Shown here: piece after piece, positions 37,731 to 46,823 of the stretch
How positions within the stretch are numbered: position 1 is the stretch's first letter
How the letters are laid out: the number at the start of each line of letters is the position of its first letter
From: Myxococcales bacterium UBA1238
GTDB lineage: Bacteria; Myxococcota_A; Bradymonadia; UBA7976; UBA1532
Length of the DNA stretch: 64,000 nucleotides
Assembly (NCBI GenBank): GCA_002309015.1
Contig: DBWM01000012.1
Span: 16,638-80,637 of the forward strand
Direction of reading: 5' to 3'
The notes under the pieces: model-generated
What the model was told of the DNA's origin: nothing
The model's database searches: none
Seen by the model: the letters and a program-made list of their open reading frames with translations, nothing else
Made by a program: the position numbers and the translations under genes

Positions 37731-39851
37731 TCACTCATCATAGCGTATTACCCCACTCGTTTCTTCTATATATTGTTCAATCACGTCATCAAGCAAATCG
37801 CTGCGGATGATTCCATATAAGTTCGAACTATCATCGGTATCCAATTGATAAGTCAAACTTTTGCCAAAGCTTGCGCGATCAATCACGAGCTTATGAACAC
37901 CATCAAATGCAGCAATGCGATCAATAGCAAGAGGTTTATCCACAGATATTAAGACTGCTTCAGAAATAAGCGAACGTTTCTTCGGCATCATTTGTAAAGG
38001 AATCGCATCAATATTGGCTGGACACTCAATCCCAAACCAATGGAGAATCGTCGGAAACAAATCGATCAGACTTACAAGTTCACTTGCTTCTTCTGCAGGC
38101 AAATCATGCGATTTCACGATCAAAGGAATCCGAATCTGTTCTTCTGAAACATCTGTTCCATGATAATGCCATGCTTTACCAAAATGTTCGCCATGATCTG
38201 CTGCAACCACGATTTTTAAATGTTCATAGTTTTCCAATCTTTCCAACTCATTCAAAAAACGATTGATTTGCATATCCGCATAGAGAAGTGCATGATCATA
38301 TTGATCCATAAGACTTTTACCAAACTGCTCCACATCTTTGCGAATAACATTTGGCCAATGAGGTCCTGAAAGATGAATCCATAGAAAAAACCTTTGACTT
38401 TGAGGATGCTTTGATAACTGCGCGATCGCTCTGTCAATGGTTTCCGCATCTCCACGCGACGATTTCACTCGATCATATTGACTAAATCCTTTGTTATAAC
38501 CGAATCGGGGATCAAACAATTCACCTTCAGAATCATCCAAAACAGCGATCGTATAAACGCTGTTGTTTCTCAATATCTCTGTTCAAACAGGTCTCGAATC
38601 ATCAGCAGGAATTTCTGCCATATGAATCACATGTACTTTTGAATTTGCATTCACTTCTTCTTCTGTAAGAAGCTCGTATTGATCCGTTTCATATAATTTT
38701 TTCCACAGAATCCTTCTTGGGTAAATTCCGCGCAATAGGGACGGAATCGCGAGGGAGGTCATCGCGCCACTCGTGTATGCCCGCTTATATACTCTCGCAT
38801 TTTGGGCAAACCGTTTGAGATTGGGCGTGGTCTCGCGGTCGTAGCCGTAGACGCTCATGTGATCGGGCCTTGTGGCGTCGATGGTGATCAGAACGACGCT
38901 GGTTTGATCGGCATCCTCTGCGGGTGAGAGCGAAATCGGTGCTTTGGCTGCGGGTTTGGGAACGTAGTCGCCGCGAATGCAGTTGTTGTCTACACCGTCG
39001 TTTGGGATTTCGCGCGCTCTCGGATGAATGGCGGCGTTAAAAGGCGCGCAGTCGCCGCCACCCCAGAGGCTTGAGGCACCGTCAAAGTCGAAGTCGGTCG
39101 AAATGCGCACGGATTGAAGCAGACTCGATGGCAAGGGCGCCTGAATCAGCGACCATAAGGCGCCCTGGTGAGAAGCTGTGCAGAGCCATGCGGAGACTAA
39201 AATCCCGCCTGAAATCAGGCCCGTGCAAATGCGGCCGTATCGCAAACGGAAGTGCGGGCATAAGAGCACGAATCCCGAACAACCGACCGCAAGTCCCAGG
39301 GTTCTGAGCAGCAAATGGACATCCAAATAGAGACCGACCAAAAGATGGGCGTCCAGATAAAACGCAATCCCAGCCGATGCGATCAGCAACGCGCCAAAAA
39401 TCAGCCGCAATGGGCGACGATGCCCGAGTAACCCCATCGGCTTTGTTTGGGTTGGCTGCAGGAGCGCACCCCATGCAGCGATCAGAATCGCGAGCAACAG
39501 ACAGCCCAGCGCCGCCTTTTGCGCCAGTGCAAATTGTTTATCCCCTAAATGACCTGTAATATTTAAAGAGGTAAATATCCAACTCGCAGCAATGGCACCG
39601 GGTAAAATCCAAAACGTGCGTACGAGCAGCGAAGATTTTGAAGCCGCGCGAAGTCCGCAGCATAAGCCCCCAATCAGAAGCCCAATCGCTCCGCCCCCCA
39701 CGAGTCCCAGACCACAGCCCGCAACCGTTGCGCGAATCCCTGCGGATACCACCAAGAGCTCGATCACACAGATGAGAGCCCCCCACAATGCGCCCCAAAA
39801 CACAAAGGGCCCCACCGTAAACCCACGGGATTCTTCCTGCGTTTTCAACAT
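37731..39851 (-). pseudogene. membrane-anchored sulfatase/alkaline-phosphatase-superfamily gene split by one in-frame TGA
   Basis: ORFs 38583..39851 and 37731..38573 are in the same frame, separated only by TGA (38583..38585) and 3 codons. Joined, they are colinear with the intact paralog 57845..60037: multi-TM N-terminus, GGDC...NGVDNNC motif, IDATRPDHMSVYGY, then ...AADHGEHFG. Confidence 0.75.
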
Positions 39852-39904
39852 AGATCGCCCCTACCCCCGCCATCAGCGCGGCATGACGTTTAAAATGGAG
39901 TGGA

Positions 39905-39936
39905 TAAAAAAAGAAAAAGCGCGAAGGGCCCGCGCT
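39905..39936 (-). terminator. intrinsic terminator after the DUF1844 gene
   Basis: Minus strand: AAGCGCG, GGCCCTT, CGCGCTT, followed by TTTTCTTTTTTT. Confidence 0.7.
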
Positions 39937-40338
39937 TTATTTGTGAAGGCGCGCATATTGCACGCGCAGATCGTAAAGGACGGTGTCGAGCAGACGCGTT
40001 TCGGTCTCGTTCAAATTGCCCCGGGTCTTATCCTTCAGCATCGCCAGCGTATCGATCACCTGCGCGGCGGATTCAAAATCAGTAGGCCCCGTCTCACCGT
40101 CCTCTTCGAGCAAACCCAAATGATAGAGCGCAGTTGCATTGAGCGAGAGGACGTGAGTCGAAAAGGTCATCTCCTGCAAAGCCTGATCGGCTAAGCGATC
40201 CTTTTGTTTTTGCGCTTCAGCCTTTTTCTTTGCGGCCGAATCCTCGGGGTTTGGCGCATCTTCGCCGGGCGGATCTACGGAACGCGGCTCGATGGTCGTC
40301 GAACCGTCGGGACTAATTTTGAAAATGCGATCGGTCAT
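39937..40338 (-). CDS. DUF1844-like protein
   Basis: 133 aa. TFSTHVLSLNATALYHLGL...AAQVIDTLAMLKDKTRGNL..ETRLLDTVLYDLRVQY matches my recollection of the DUF1844 pattern. Confidence 0.6.
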   Translation of the reverse strand: MTDRIFKISPDGSTTIEPRSVDPPGEDAPNPEDSAAKKKAEAQKQKDRLADQALQEMTFSTHVLSLNATALYHLGLLEEDGETGPTDFESAAQVIDTLAMLKDKTRGNLNETETRLLDTVLYDLRVQYARLHK

Positions 40339-40340
40339 TT

Positions 40341-40508
40341 TCAGTTCAACTTATCGCGGTTGCGAACGCGCTCGGCATGGAGCTGAATGCTTTTCTTTTC
40401 GTCGTCTTCAAGTTTGGCTAAATGCTCGCGAATCTGGTCATCGGTGAGCAACCCCTTTTTTTTATGACGCTCGATCAAACGCTTGTCGAAGAGCAAATCG
40501 TCCTTCAT
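40341..40508 (-). CDS. small conserved-looking basic protein (55 aa)
   Basis: MKDDLLFDKRLIERHKKKGLLTDDQIREHLAKLEDDEKKSIQLHAERVRNRDKLN from ATG 40508; ends 2 nt before the DUF1844 gene. The longer track ORF has no support. Confidence 0.5.
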   Translation of the reverse strand: MKDDLLFDKRLIERHKKKGLLTDDQIREHLAKLEDDEKKSIQLHAERVRNRDKLN

Positions 40509-40613
40509 GATGCAACCCCTAAAATGATGTATGACGGGTAAAAAGCGGCTGATTTTGAACAAAAAACGCCGCAACGTCAAGACTGGATTGAGGCTGGTCG
40601 CGCCGCACGGGAG

Positions 40614-41702
40614 GTGAAAATGGGGACGATTTTGTGGATCTTGGCTGCGTTTGCCGCGCTGATGGCGCTCTATTGGCTGGCCTACTGGACCGCGCTTCGC
40701 CGCATTCACCCGCATTTGCCCCCCGACGAGCGCTTTTTTGTGGAAACCCCCGATGGCTGGCGACTCGAACTCGACCTCGTACGATCCACCGCCGGGACTT
40801 CGCGCGCAAGCGTCCTCTGCCTGCCCGGACTCGCCTGCAATGCCGTCATTTTTGACCTCGTGGGTGAACGCAGTCTGGCCCGATTCCTCGCATCCAAAGG
40901 CTACGACGTATGGCTTTTAAACTGCAGGGGCGCGGGCCGAAGTGACCATGCCGACAACAAAAAGCGTTTATTTACCTACGCTTTGGAAGAATACGCCTTT
41001 ATGGACGCCTGCGCCGCAGCCCGGTTCGTGCGCGAGAAAACCGGAAAGCCTCTGTATCTTTTGGGCCATTCCATGGGCGGACTCATCGCTGAACTGACCG
41101 CTCAAAAATTGACCGCGAACGAAATCGCCGGGATCATCTGCGTCGCCTCGCCCTTCGATTTCTCACCCCACCAGGCCTCCCTCGGGCCCTATTACCGGCT
41201 GCTCAAATTCGTAGTTTCTCACCGGATCAACGCGCCGCTCGGTCCGCTATCGCGCCTGTTTGGCCCCTTTTACGCGCCCTTCTGGCCGGGATCCCTCATC
41301 GTTTACAACCGGGCCGTCGAATCCTGGGCGATGCGCCGCATGCTGACCGACACGGTTGAAACGCCCACGCCCAAAATGTTTGGAGAATTTTACGACGCGA
41401 TCTCGCAGAAAACGTCACTCGCCGCATTTTTGGCCGAGCCGCTCCATTTTTCGCAGCCGGTGTTCGCGCTTTGGGGCGATTTCGATCGCCTCGCGCCCAA
41501 AGACTCGGTGTTTCCGCTCCAGGCCTCGCTGCCTCAGATCGAATTCGCCGGAGTCGGACCCTTTGGGCATATCGATATTTTAGTGGGTAAAAATGCGCCG
41601 TCCGCCATCTATCCGCTCATCGCCGACTGGTTGAACCGTCAGACTTCGACCGAAAGCGCGCCCGCAACGCCTGAAGTCGCAACAGAGGAAGCCCTTTCAT
41701 GA
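40614..41702 (+). CDS. membrane-anchored alpha/beta-fold hydrolase
   Basis: N-terminal TM ILWILAAFAALMALYWLAYW, nucleophile elbow GHSMGG and a late His (GPFGHIDIL). Confidence 0.8.
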   Translation: MKMGTILWILAAFAALMALYWLAYWTALRRIHPHLPPDERFFVETPDGWRLELDLVRSTAGTSRASVLCLPGLACNAVIFDLVGERSLARFLASKGYDVWLLNCRGAGRSDHADNKKRLFTYALEEYAFMDACAAARFVREKTGKPLYLLGHSMGGLIAELTAQKLTANEIAGIICVASPFDFSPHQASLGPYYRLLKFVVSHRINAPLGPLSRLFGPFYAPFWPGSLIVYNRAVESWAMRRMLTDTVETPTPKMFGEFYDAISQKTSLAAFLAEPLHFSQPVFALWGDFDRLAPKDSVFPLQASLPQIEFAGVGPFGHIDILVGKNAPSAIYPLIADWLNRQTSTESAPATPEVATEEALS

Positions 41703-42745
41703 TCACGCAAAACCGCCCGCTTTCTGAATGCTGTACCTTCGAGATCGGTGGAAACGCCGCTTATTTTGCAGAACCTCAGTCCATCGACGATGCGCGATCC
41801 TGTATCTCCTGGGCGCACGCTCACGATCTCCCGCTGCTCTTTTTAGGTCACGGCAGCAACTGCCTCTTTGCCGATCGCGGCGTTCAGGGAGTCGTGCTTT
41901 CAACCGCCCAAATGCGCGGCCTCAAACTGCAATCCCAGGATGAAACTTCCGCCATCGTCACAGTGAATGCCGGCGAACCCTTCGATGAGTTCGTGCAATG
42001 GGCGGTTGCAAAGGGGTTTCAGGGGGTCGAATGCCTCTCGGGGATCCCCGGATCGGTGGGCGCTGCAGCCGTACAAAACATCGGCGCCTACGGGCAAGAG
42101 ATAGCCGACTGCCTGCGATCGGTCACATTGCTCCTTCCCAACGGAGAGATCGAAGAGCGCAGCAACATCGATTGCGCCTTCGGATATCGGCAGAGCTGCT
42201 TCAAACAACATCCCGGTCCCCTCATCTGCGCCCTCACCTTTCACCTCACTCCCGGCGGATCCTGCCATCTTCGCCATGGAGAACTCTGCGACCACATTCA
42301 GGATCCGCGCGACTTACAGGCGATCCGCGATGCAGTCCTCGAAATTCGCAGGCGCAAATCCCTCTGTACAAACATGAACGACGGCAATCACCGCTGCGCA
42401 GGCTCGTTCTTTACGAATCCGATCGTCTCTCGCGAAGCGGCAGAACGCCTGCTGCAAATGGATGAATCGATGCCGCAATACCCCACAGAAGGAGGCGTAA
42501 AGCTCTCCGCCGCCTGGCTCATCGATCATGCAGGATTCCATAAAGGCTACGCCCAGGGTGCAGTCGGGCTCTCTACAAAGCATACCCTCGCGATCATCAA
42601 TCGCGGAGGCGCAAAAGCCTCAGACGTGCTCGCATTTGCTGCTCTGATTCAACGCGGCGTCAAAGATACATTCGGTGTCACCCTCATTCCCGAAGTCAAC
42701 TTCATCGGCTTCACCCCCGAAGAGCGCGCCTCCATCGGGCTCTGA
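41699..42745 (+). CDS. murB: UDP-N-acetylenolpyruvoylglucosamine reductase
   Basis: FAD-binding PCMH pattern (FEIGGNAAYF, LGHGSNCLFAD, GIPGSVGAAAVQNIGAYG) and C-terminal MurB domain (GSFFTNP). Start overlaps the upstream stop (ATGA). Confidence 0.9.
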   Translation: MITQNRPLSECCTFEIGGNAAYFAEPQSIDDARSCISWAHAHDLPLLFLGHGSNCLFADRGVQGVVLSTAQMRGLKLQSQDETSAIVTVNAGEPFDEFVQWAVAKGFQGVECLSGIPGSVGAAAVQNIGAYGQEIADCLRSVTLLLPNGEIEERSNIDCAFGYRQSCFKQHPGPLICALTFHLTPGGSCHLRHGELCDHIQDPRDLQAIRDAVLEIRRRKSLCTNMNDGNHRCAGSFFTNPIVSREAAERLLQMDESMPQYPTEGGVKLSAAWLIDHAGFHKGYAQGAVGLSTKHTLAIINRGGAKASDVLAFAALIQRGVKDTFGVTLIPEVNFIGFTPEERASIGL

Positions 42746-43149
42746 GCGACCCTCTCCTCTCATCCCCACCCCTGCAACTCTCATTCAGCAGCCTCATATA
42801 CTCTACCCTTCTTTTGCAGACGCGCATAATGGGGTGTTCATTTCCTATTCATATCCTTGCGCCATTGCAATGCCGTGAATCAGACTCCAAACCATCGTTT
42901 TGCTTGCGCGCAATGCTGTGAATCATGATCTTACATCTTCAGATCCGCTCTGAAATGCGTTGCTCGTTAACCACGTTCCATCAAATGCATCTCTGCACGA
43001 ACGGTATTTTTAAATGTAAGCAGTCCATTTCAAACTGCAGCAGACGCAGTGATCATCGATCAACCGACGTTGCAGATGCGAAATACGATGAATTCAAATG
43101 GAACGGCTTTGATTGCAGATAGCGAGGAGGGTTCTTAGACTTCAGGCAC

Positions 43150-43171
43150 AAAAAAAGCCCCATTGCGGGGC
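43150..43171 (-). terminator. intrinsic terminator closing module B
   Basis: Minus strand: GCCCC, GCAAT, GGGGC, followed by TTTTTTT. Lies 22 nt after the stop at 43193. Confidence 0.75.
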
Positions 43172-43192
43172 TTTAATTCAGATCGTGAGATC

Positions 43193-45025
43193 TTATTCCG
43201 CCGTGAAGGTGAAGGGGTAGTTGACGGTCACGCTGCCGCCACCCTTGGGCTCGGGGAACTGCCAGGATTTGACCTGGGTACGCAAGCATTGTTCCACGTT
43301 GGCGTTCTTCATGGTGGATTCGGGGATTTCTACGCGGAGCACCTTACCGTTGGGACCGATGGTGAACTTGACGACGATCTTACCGGCCAGGTCGCGCTTT
43401 TGTTGCAACTCTTTGTTGTAGCAGTTACGCGTTGCGTTGGCGTGCTTCTGAACCACACGACGAATCTGATCGGGTGACAACGACCCCTGGACGGTGGGTT
43501 TACCGGGCACAAATTTGGGACCGCTGCCGGTTTTATGCTTGAGCTGTGTGTTTCCGTATCCCGTTCCGGTTCCCGATCCGCCGCGTCCGTGCGTACCGAT
43601 GGCACCGATACCGATGGAGTTGGTCCCCAAACCGCCTCCACCAAAGCCGGATCCCGCCATGCCGAGTCCGCCAAAGCCGCCGGATTCTCCGATTTGATTG
43701 CCAAACATGTTGCCGAATGCGTTGACGGCGTCGGAGCCGATGGTACGGTCACCGCTGCCCCAAATCGCCGAAAGCTGACCTTCGATGTTGGCCACAGCCG
43801 CGCTCGCCGATGCGATGGCGGCGGTCTTCATCTGCTGCTTGGCGAATTGGATCTCCTGGTTGTTGGCCGGGCCGGCAATACCTGCGCGCTTTCCGGTATC
43901 GGGCGCATCCTTTTTGCCCATCTTCCCTTCTTCACCTTTGGCCGCCGCCGCGACCTCCGGTTCGGGTTCTTTTTCAAGCTCATTCAGCAAATCGGTGAGT
44001 TTCTGACTCTTTTCGCGCAGCTCCTCTTCGGGAATCACCAGGAATTCCACGAAGCGGTCGTTCAGATTGAACCCATCGATCTTCAGGCTGTCCGCTTCTT
44101 TGGGCACGCTGAGCACGATGCCGAAAAACAGCGCGTGCATCAGGATCGCGATGCAGAGATATTTGAAGAAGGTCAGATCGAGGCTCTTTAAAAAGCTCGT
44201 CTGCCCCATCGGAGGCGGAGGCGGCACCGAGTTGACGAGCAGCGTGATGTTCCCAAAATGCAGACGGCAACGCGTGTTCGGCAGCATCTTGAGGGTACGG
44301 GAACCATTACGGGATTCCCCCATCCGACCGCTCGAACGCAATTCGTCGATGGTCTCCACCTTGCCGTCGCTCATCACCTCGCCCGCGATCTTATCGGGCA
44401 CGTGAACCGCCATCTGGCGGCCATCGGTTACGGCAAGCGTAAAAGGTGTTTGCGGCAAAAAAGACGCATCGATGAACTGATCGATCTGCTTGGCCAGCTT
44501 TTTGCCCTGAGAAGTCTTCATTAACTGCTCAGGCACTTCGCCCACCACAAAATCATGTGCAGACGAATAATGCTGCACGTCGAGCACCGTCGATTCCCAC
44601 AGCGTTAAAATCTCAAGCGTTCGCGCATTGGGATTTCTGGGATCGACCTCCTCGTCGAACAGCGGCGCATTGACCGTCTTTCGCTCATTCGGCGATTTCT
44701 TGCGTCCAGGTTGTCCGGCAATCGTCATCACCACCTTGACGTTACCGAACGCCAGCTGATCGCCCGACTTGATGGCCCGCTTTGAGGTGACCCGCTCGCC
44801 GTTCACGAACGTACCACCCGCGCTCCCTAAATCGACCAACAAAACCGTACGCTCATCCTGCACTTCGATCATCGCGTGGACGCGCGCGACGCTCTCATCG
44901 TCGAGCCGCAAGTGCGAGGTGGTGAGCTTACCGATCTTGATCGTCTTCTCGGCCAGAACTTCAGTTCGCTGAAGCTGACCCCCCTGATAAATTTCAAATT
45001 TGATCGGAGTCTTCGCGCTGTCCAT
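43193..45025 (-). CDS. FHA + TM + Gly-rich linker + TonB_C protein (GltG/PglI-like)
   Basis: ATG 45025 with GGGAGA RBS. FHA core IKIGKLTTSHLRLDDESVARVHAMIEV...LLVDLGSAGGTFVNGERV. TM FFKYLCIAILMHALFFGIVLSV. Charged coil, then a Gly-rich tract GGFGGLGMAGSGFGGGGLG. C-terminal TonB-type VVKFTIGPNGKVLRVEI...VTVNYPFTF. Confidence 0.85.
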   Translation of the reverse strand: MDSAKTPIKFEIYQGGQLQRTEVLAEKTIKIGKLTTSHLRLDDESVARVHAMIEVQDERTVLLVDLGSAGGTFVNGERVTSKRAIKSGDQLAFGNVKVVMTIAGQPGRKKSPNERKTVNAPLFDEEVDPRNPNARTLEILTLWESTVLDVQHYSSAHDFVVGEVPEQLMKTSQGKKLAKQIDQFIDASFLPQTPFTLAVTDGRQMAVHVPDKIAGEVMSDGKVETIDELRSSGRMGESRNGSRTLKMLPNTRCRLHFGNITLLVNSVPPPPPMGQTSFLKSLDLTFFKYLCIAILMHALFFGIVLSVPKEADSLKIDGFNLNDRFVEFLVIPEEELREKSQKLTDLLNELEKEPEPEVAAAAKGEEGKMGKKDAPDTGKRAGIAGPANNQEIQFAKQQMKTAAIASASAAVANIEGQLSAIWGSGDRTIGSDAVNAFGNMFGNQIGESGGFGGLGMAGSGFGGGGLGTNSIGIGAIGTHGRGGSGTGTGYGNTQLKHKTGSGPKFVPGKPTVQGSLSPDQIRRVVQKHANATRNCYNKELQQKRDLAGKIVVKFTIGPNGKVLRVEIPESTMKNANVEQCLRTQVKSWQFPEPKGGGSVTVNYPFTFTAE

Positions 45026-45102
45026 GTCATCTCCCTGCCGAGCAGCACAGGCTTTTGAGGCTCGAAGCAAAGCCGCTCAGTTGCCCGGGCGGCTGTCACA
45101 AA

Positions 45103-45378
45103 TCAAATATCTTGAGCTGATTTCAACATCTCGGGAGTAAAGTTTTCCCGAATGTGAATCAGACTTGAGTACGTATGTCCCCGGTGCCCCGTCAGGTGAT
45201 CGCCATCCGGACGCATGATTTCGCCGTTCAGCTCATCACCGTCCATGTTCATTTCCTGATTTGCCTGATAGCAAATATTGGGATCATTGGGATCCGGGAA
45301 CGTCCCTTCAGGGCAAGCCGCCCATCCAACAACAGGAGTTACCACAAAAGCTAACATCAAGGCCCATTTATTCATCAT
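45103..45378 (-). CDS. small secreted protein (GltF position, module B)
   Basis: About 90 aa. GGAGG lies 3-6 nt before the tandem ATGs (45378, 45375). Signal MNKWALMLAFVVTPVVGWAAC (possible lipobox). C-terminal IRENFTPEMLKSAQ motif shared with the 188..433 protein. Confidence 0.65.
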   Translation of the reverse strand: MMNKWALMLAFVVTPVVGWAACPEGTFPDPNDPNICYQANQEMNMDGDELNGEIMRPDGDHLTGHRGHTYSSLIHIRENFTPEMLKSAQDI

Positions 45379-45500
45379 CAACCTCCGTGCAACGTCGTTA
45401 CAGTATCATCGACCTTCGCAAGCTGTCCAGCGGTCGATTGAAGCCATCCTTCAGGCCCCAAAATCTGCTTTTACCTCTCGCATCGAGGAGCAAAAAACTT

Positions 45501-46823
45501 TTATTCTGAGCCAGCTTCCGCGCCACCGGATTCCGCGCCACCGGATTCCGCACCACCAGACGGATTCGAGGCCGCTTCAGCTTCCATTTGCTTGCGCATC
45601 GCCTCGTCGTCCGCGAGATCCTGAATCATGTAACCGCACATTTCGATGCGCTCACGCAACATCTTTTTCATGCTCGAATCGCTGGTGAGGGTCTGCGCCT
45701 TTTTATAAAGATCCATCGCTTCCTGAGGCTTACTCAAAAAATCCTGATACAGCAAGCCCAGGTTGAAATTCGCCGCAAAATGTTGTGGATCTTTTGCGAG
45801 GACCGCTTTGTAACCGCTCTCCGCTTCAGGATAATTCTCCATCGCGCGCGCCGTCACGGCCTTCGAGAGCATCGCGTCCAGATTCTCGGGCTCCACCTTC
45901 AGCGCAGTTTCGAAGGCGTTGTAGGCAAACTCGTAATCGCGGTGACCGTAAGCGAGCGACCCCGCATTCAAAAGCGCCGGAACGTAGTTGGGATCAGCCT
46001 CGATCGCCTTGCTAAACTCTTGAAATGCAAACGAAAATTGTTCCTGAGCCAAAAAGACCAGGCCGTGCATATTGTGCAGCGAAGCGAGCGAGTTATCGAA
46101 CGAAAGCCCCGATCGGCAGACCATCTCCGCCAGATCGTAGCGCTTCATGTCGTAATAGATTTTGGCCAAAACCTCGTACGCCTGAGCGTTCTGGCTGTCG
46201 CCGGTCAACGCCTTGCGCACCTTTTCAACCGCCGAGGGGTAATCCTTCTGAGCGCGCGCAAACAGCGCCTGATTCAGGTTGGCAGCGCCCGATAACGGCT
46301 GAACCTGCAAGGCTTTTTCAAAATATTTTTTAGCCTCGGCCTCATTGCCTTCCGCAAGGTAATGCGCACCGATCGCCGCCAGACCGTCACCGAACTCTTT
46401 GCCCTTCTCGGACGATTTTTCAAAATACTCGGCAGCGTCCTTCCATTTGCCCGCAGAAGCGCTCAAAATCCCCAGATTATACCAAGCCTCACCTACCTCG
46501 GGATTCTCTTTGACGATCGCCTTCAGGATAGACGCCGCATCCTCATCGCGACCTTCCTTATGGGCCGTCATCGCCGCTCTGAATTGCGTATGCAGGCCCG
46601 CTTCTTCCTTCGACATCGCGTTGAGGGCGGAATCCGTGGAAGGCGCGGTGGAACCCACCGAAACAGCTGGGTTTTCGGTGCCGTCCTCAGGCGGTGTCAC
46701 GGTCGTTTGAGCACCACCGCAGGCGTTCAGGCTAAGGGCTGCAAGCGTCCCCAAAGAAACGCGGCCAGCTGCAAATTTCACGCTCTGTAGCCATCGATTC
46801 TGGTGAAAATGCATCGCGATCAC
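45501..46823 (-). CDS. TPR-repeat lipoprotein with acidic repeat tail (GltE/AglT-like, module B)
   Basis: 440 aa. Lipobox LSLNAC. About 8 TPR units. C-terminal GGAESGGAESGGAEAGSE. GTG start overlaps the upstream stop (GTGA); the alternative is ATG 46814. Confidence 0.85.
   Translation of the reverse strand: MIAMHFHQNRWLQSVKFAAGRVSLGTLAALSLNACGGAQTTVTPPEDGTENPAVSVGSTAPSTDSALNAMSKEEAGLHTQFRAAMTAHKEGRDEDAASILKAIVKENPEVGEAWYNLGILSASAGKWKDAAEYFEKSSEKGKEFGDGLAAIGAHYLAEGNEAEAKKYFEKALQVQPLSGAANLNQALFARAQKDYPSAVEKVRKALTGDSQNAQAYEVLAKIYYDMKRYDLAEMVCRSGLSFDNSLASLHNMHGLVFLAQEQFSFAFQEFSKAIEADPNYVPALLNAGSLAYGHRDYEFAYNAFETALKVEPENLDAMLSKAVTARAMENYPEAESGYKAVLAKDPQHFAANFNLGLLYQDFLSKPQEAMDLYKKAQTLTSDSSMKKMLRERIEMCGYMIQDLADDEAMRKQMEAEAASNPSGGAESGGAESGGAEAGSE
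45516..45560. repeat. 3 x 15-bp tandem repeat inside the gltE-like 3' end
   Basis: TTCCGCGCCACCGGA twice, then TTCCGCACCACCAGA. Encodes the SGGAE repeats. Confidence 0.9.

Noticed and set aside
38583-38585. The in-frame TGA read as selenocysteine or as evidence for an alternative genetic code.
   Set aside because: The position aligns to a non-catalytic, non-Cys region of the paralog. I saw no obvious SECIS-like hairpin immediately downstream. Many well-supported genes in the window terminate at TGA, often in ATGA overlaps.
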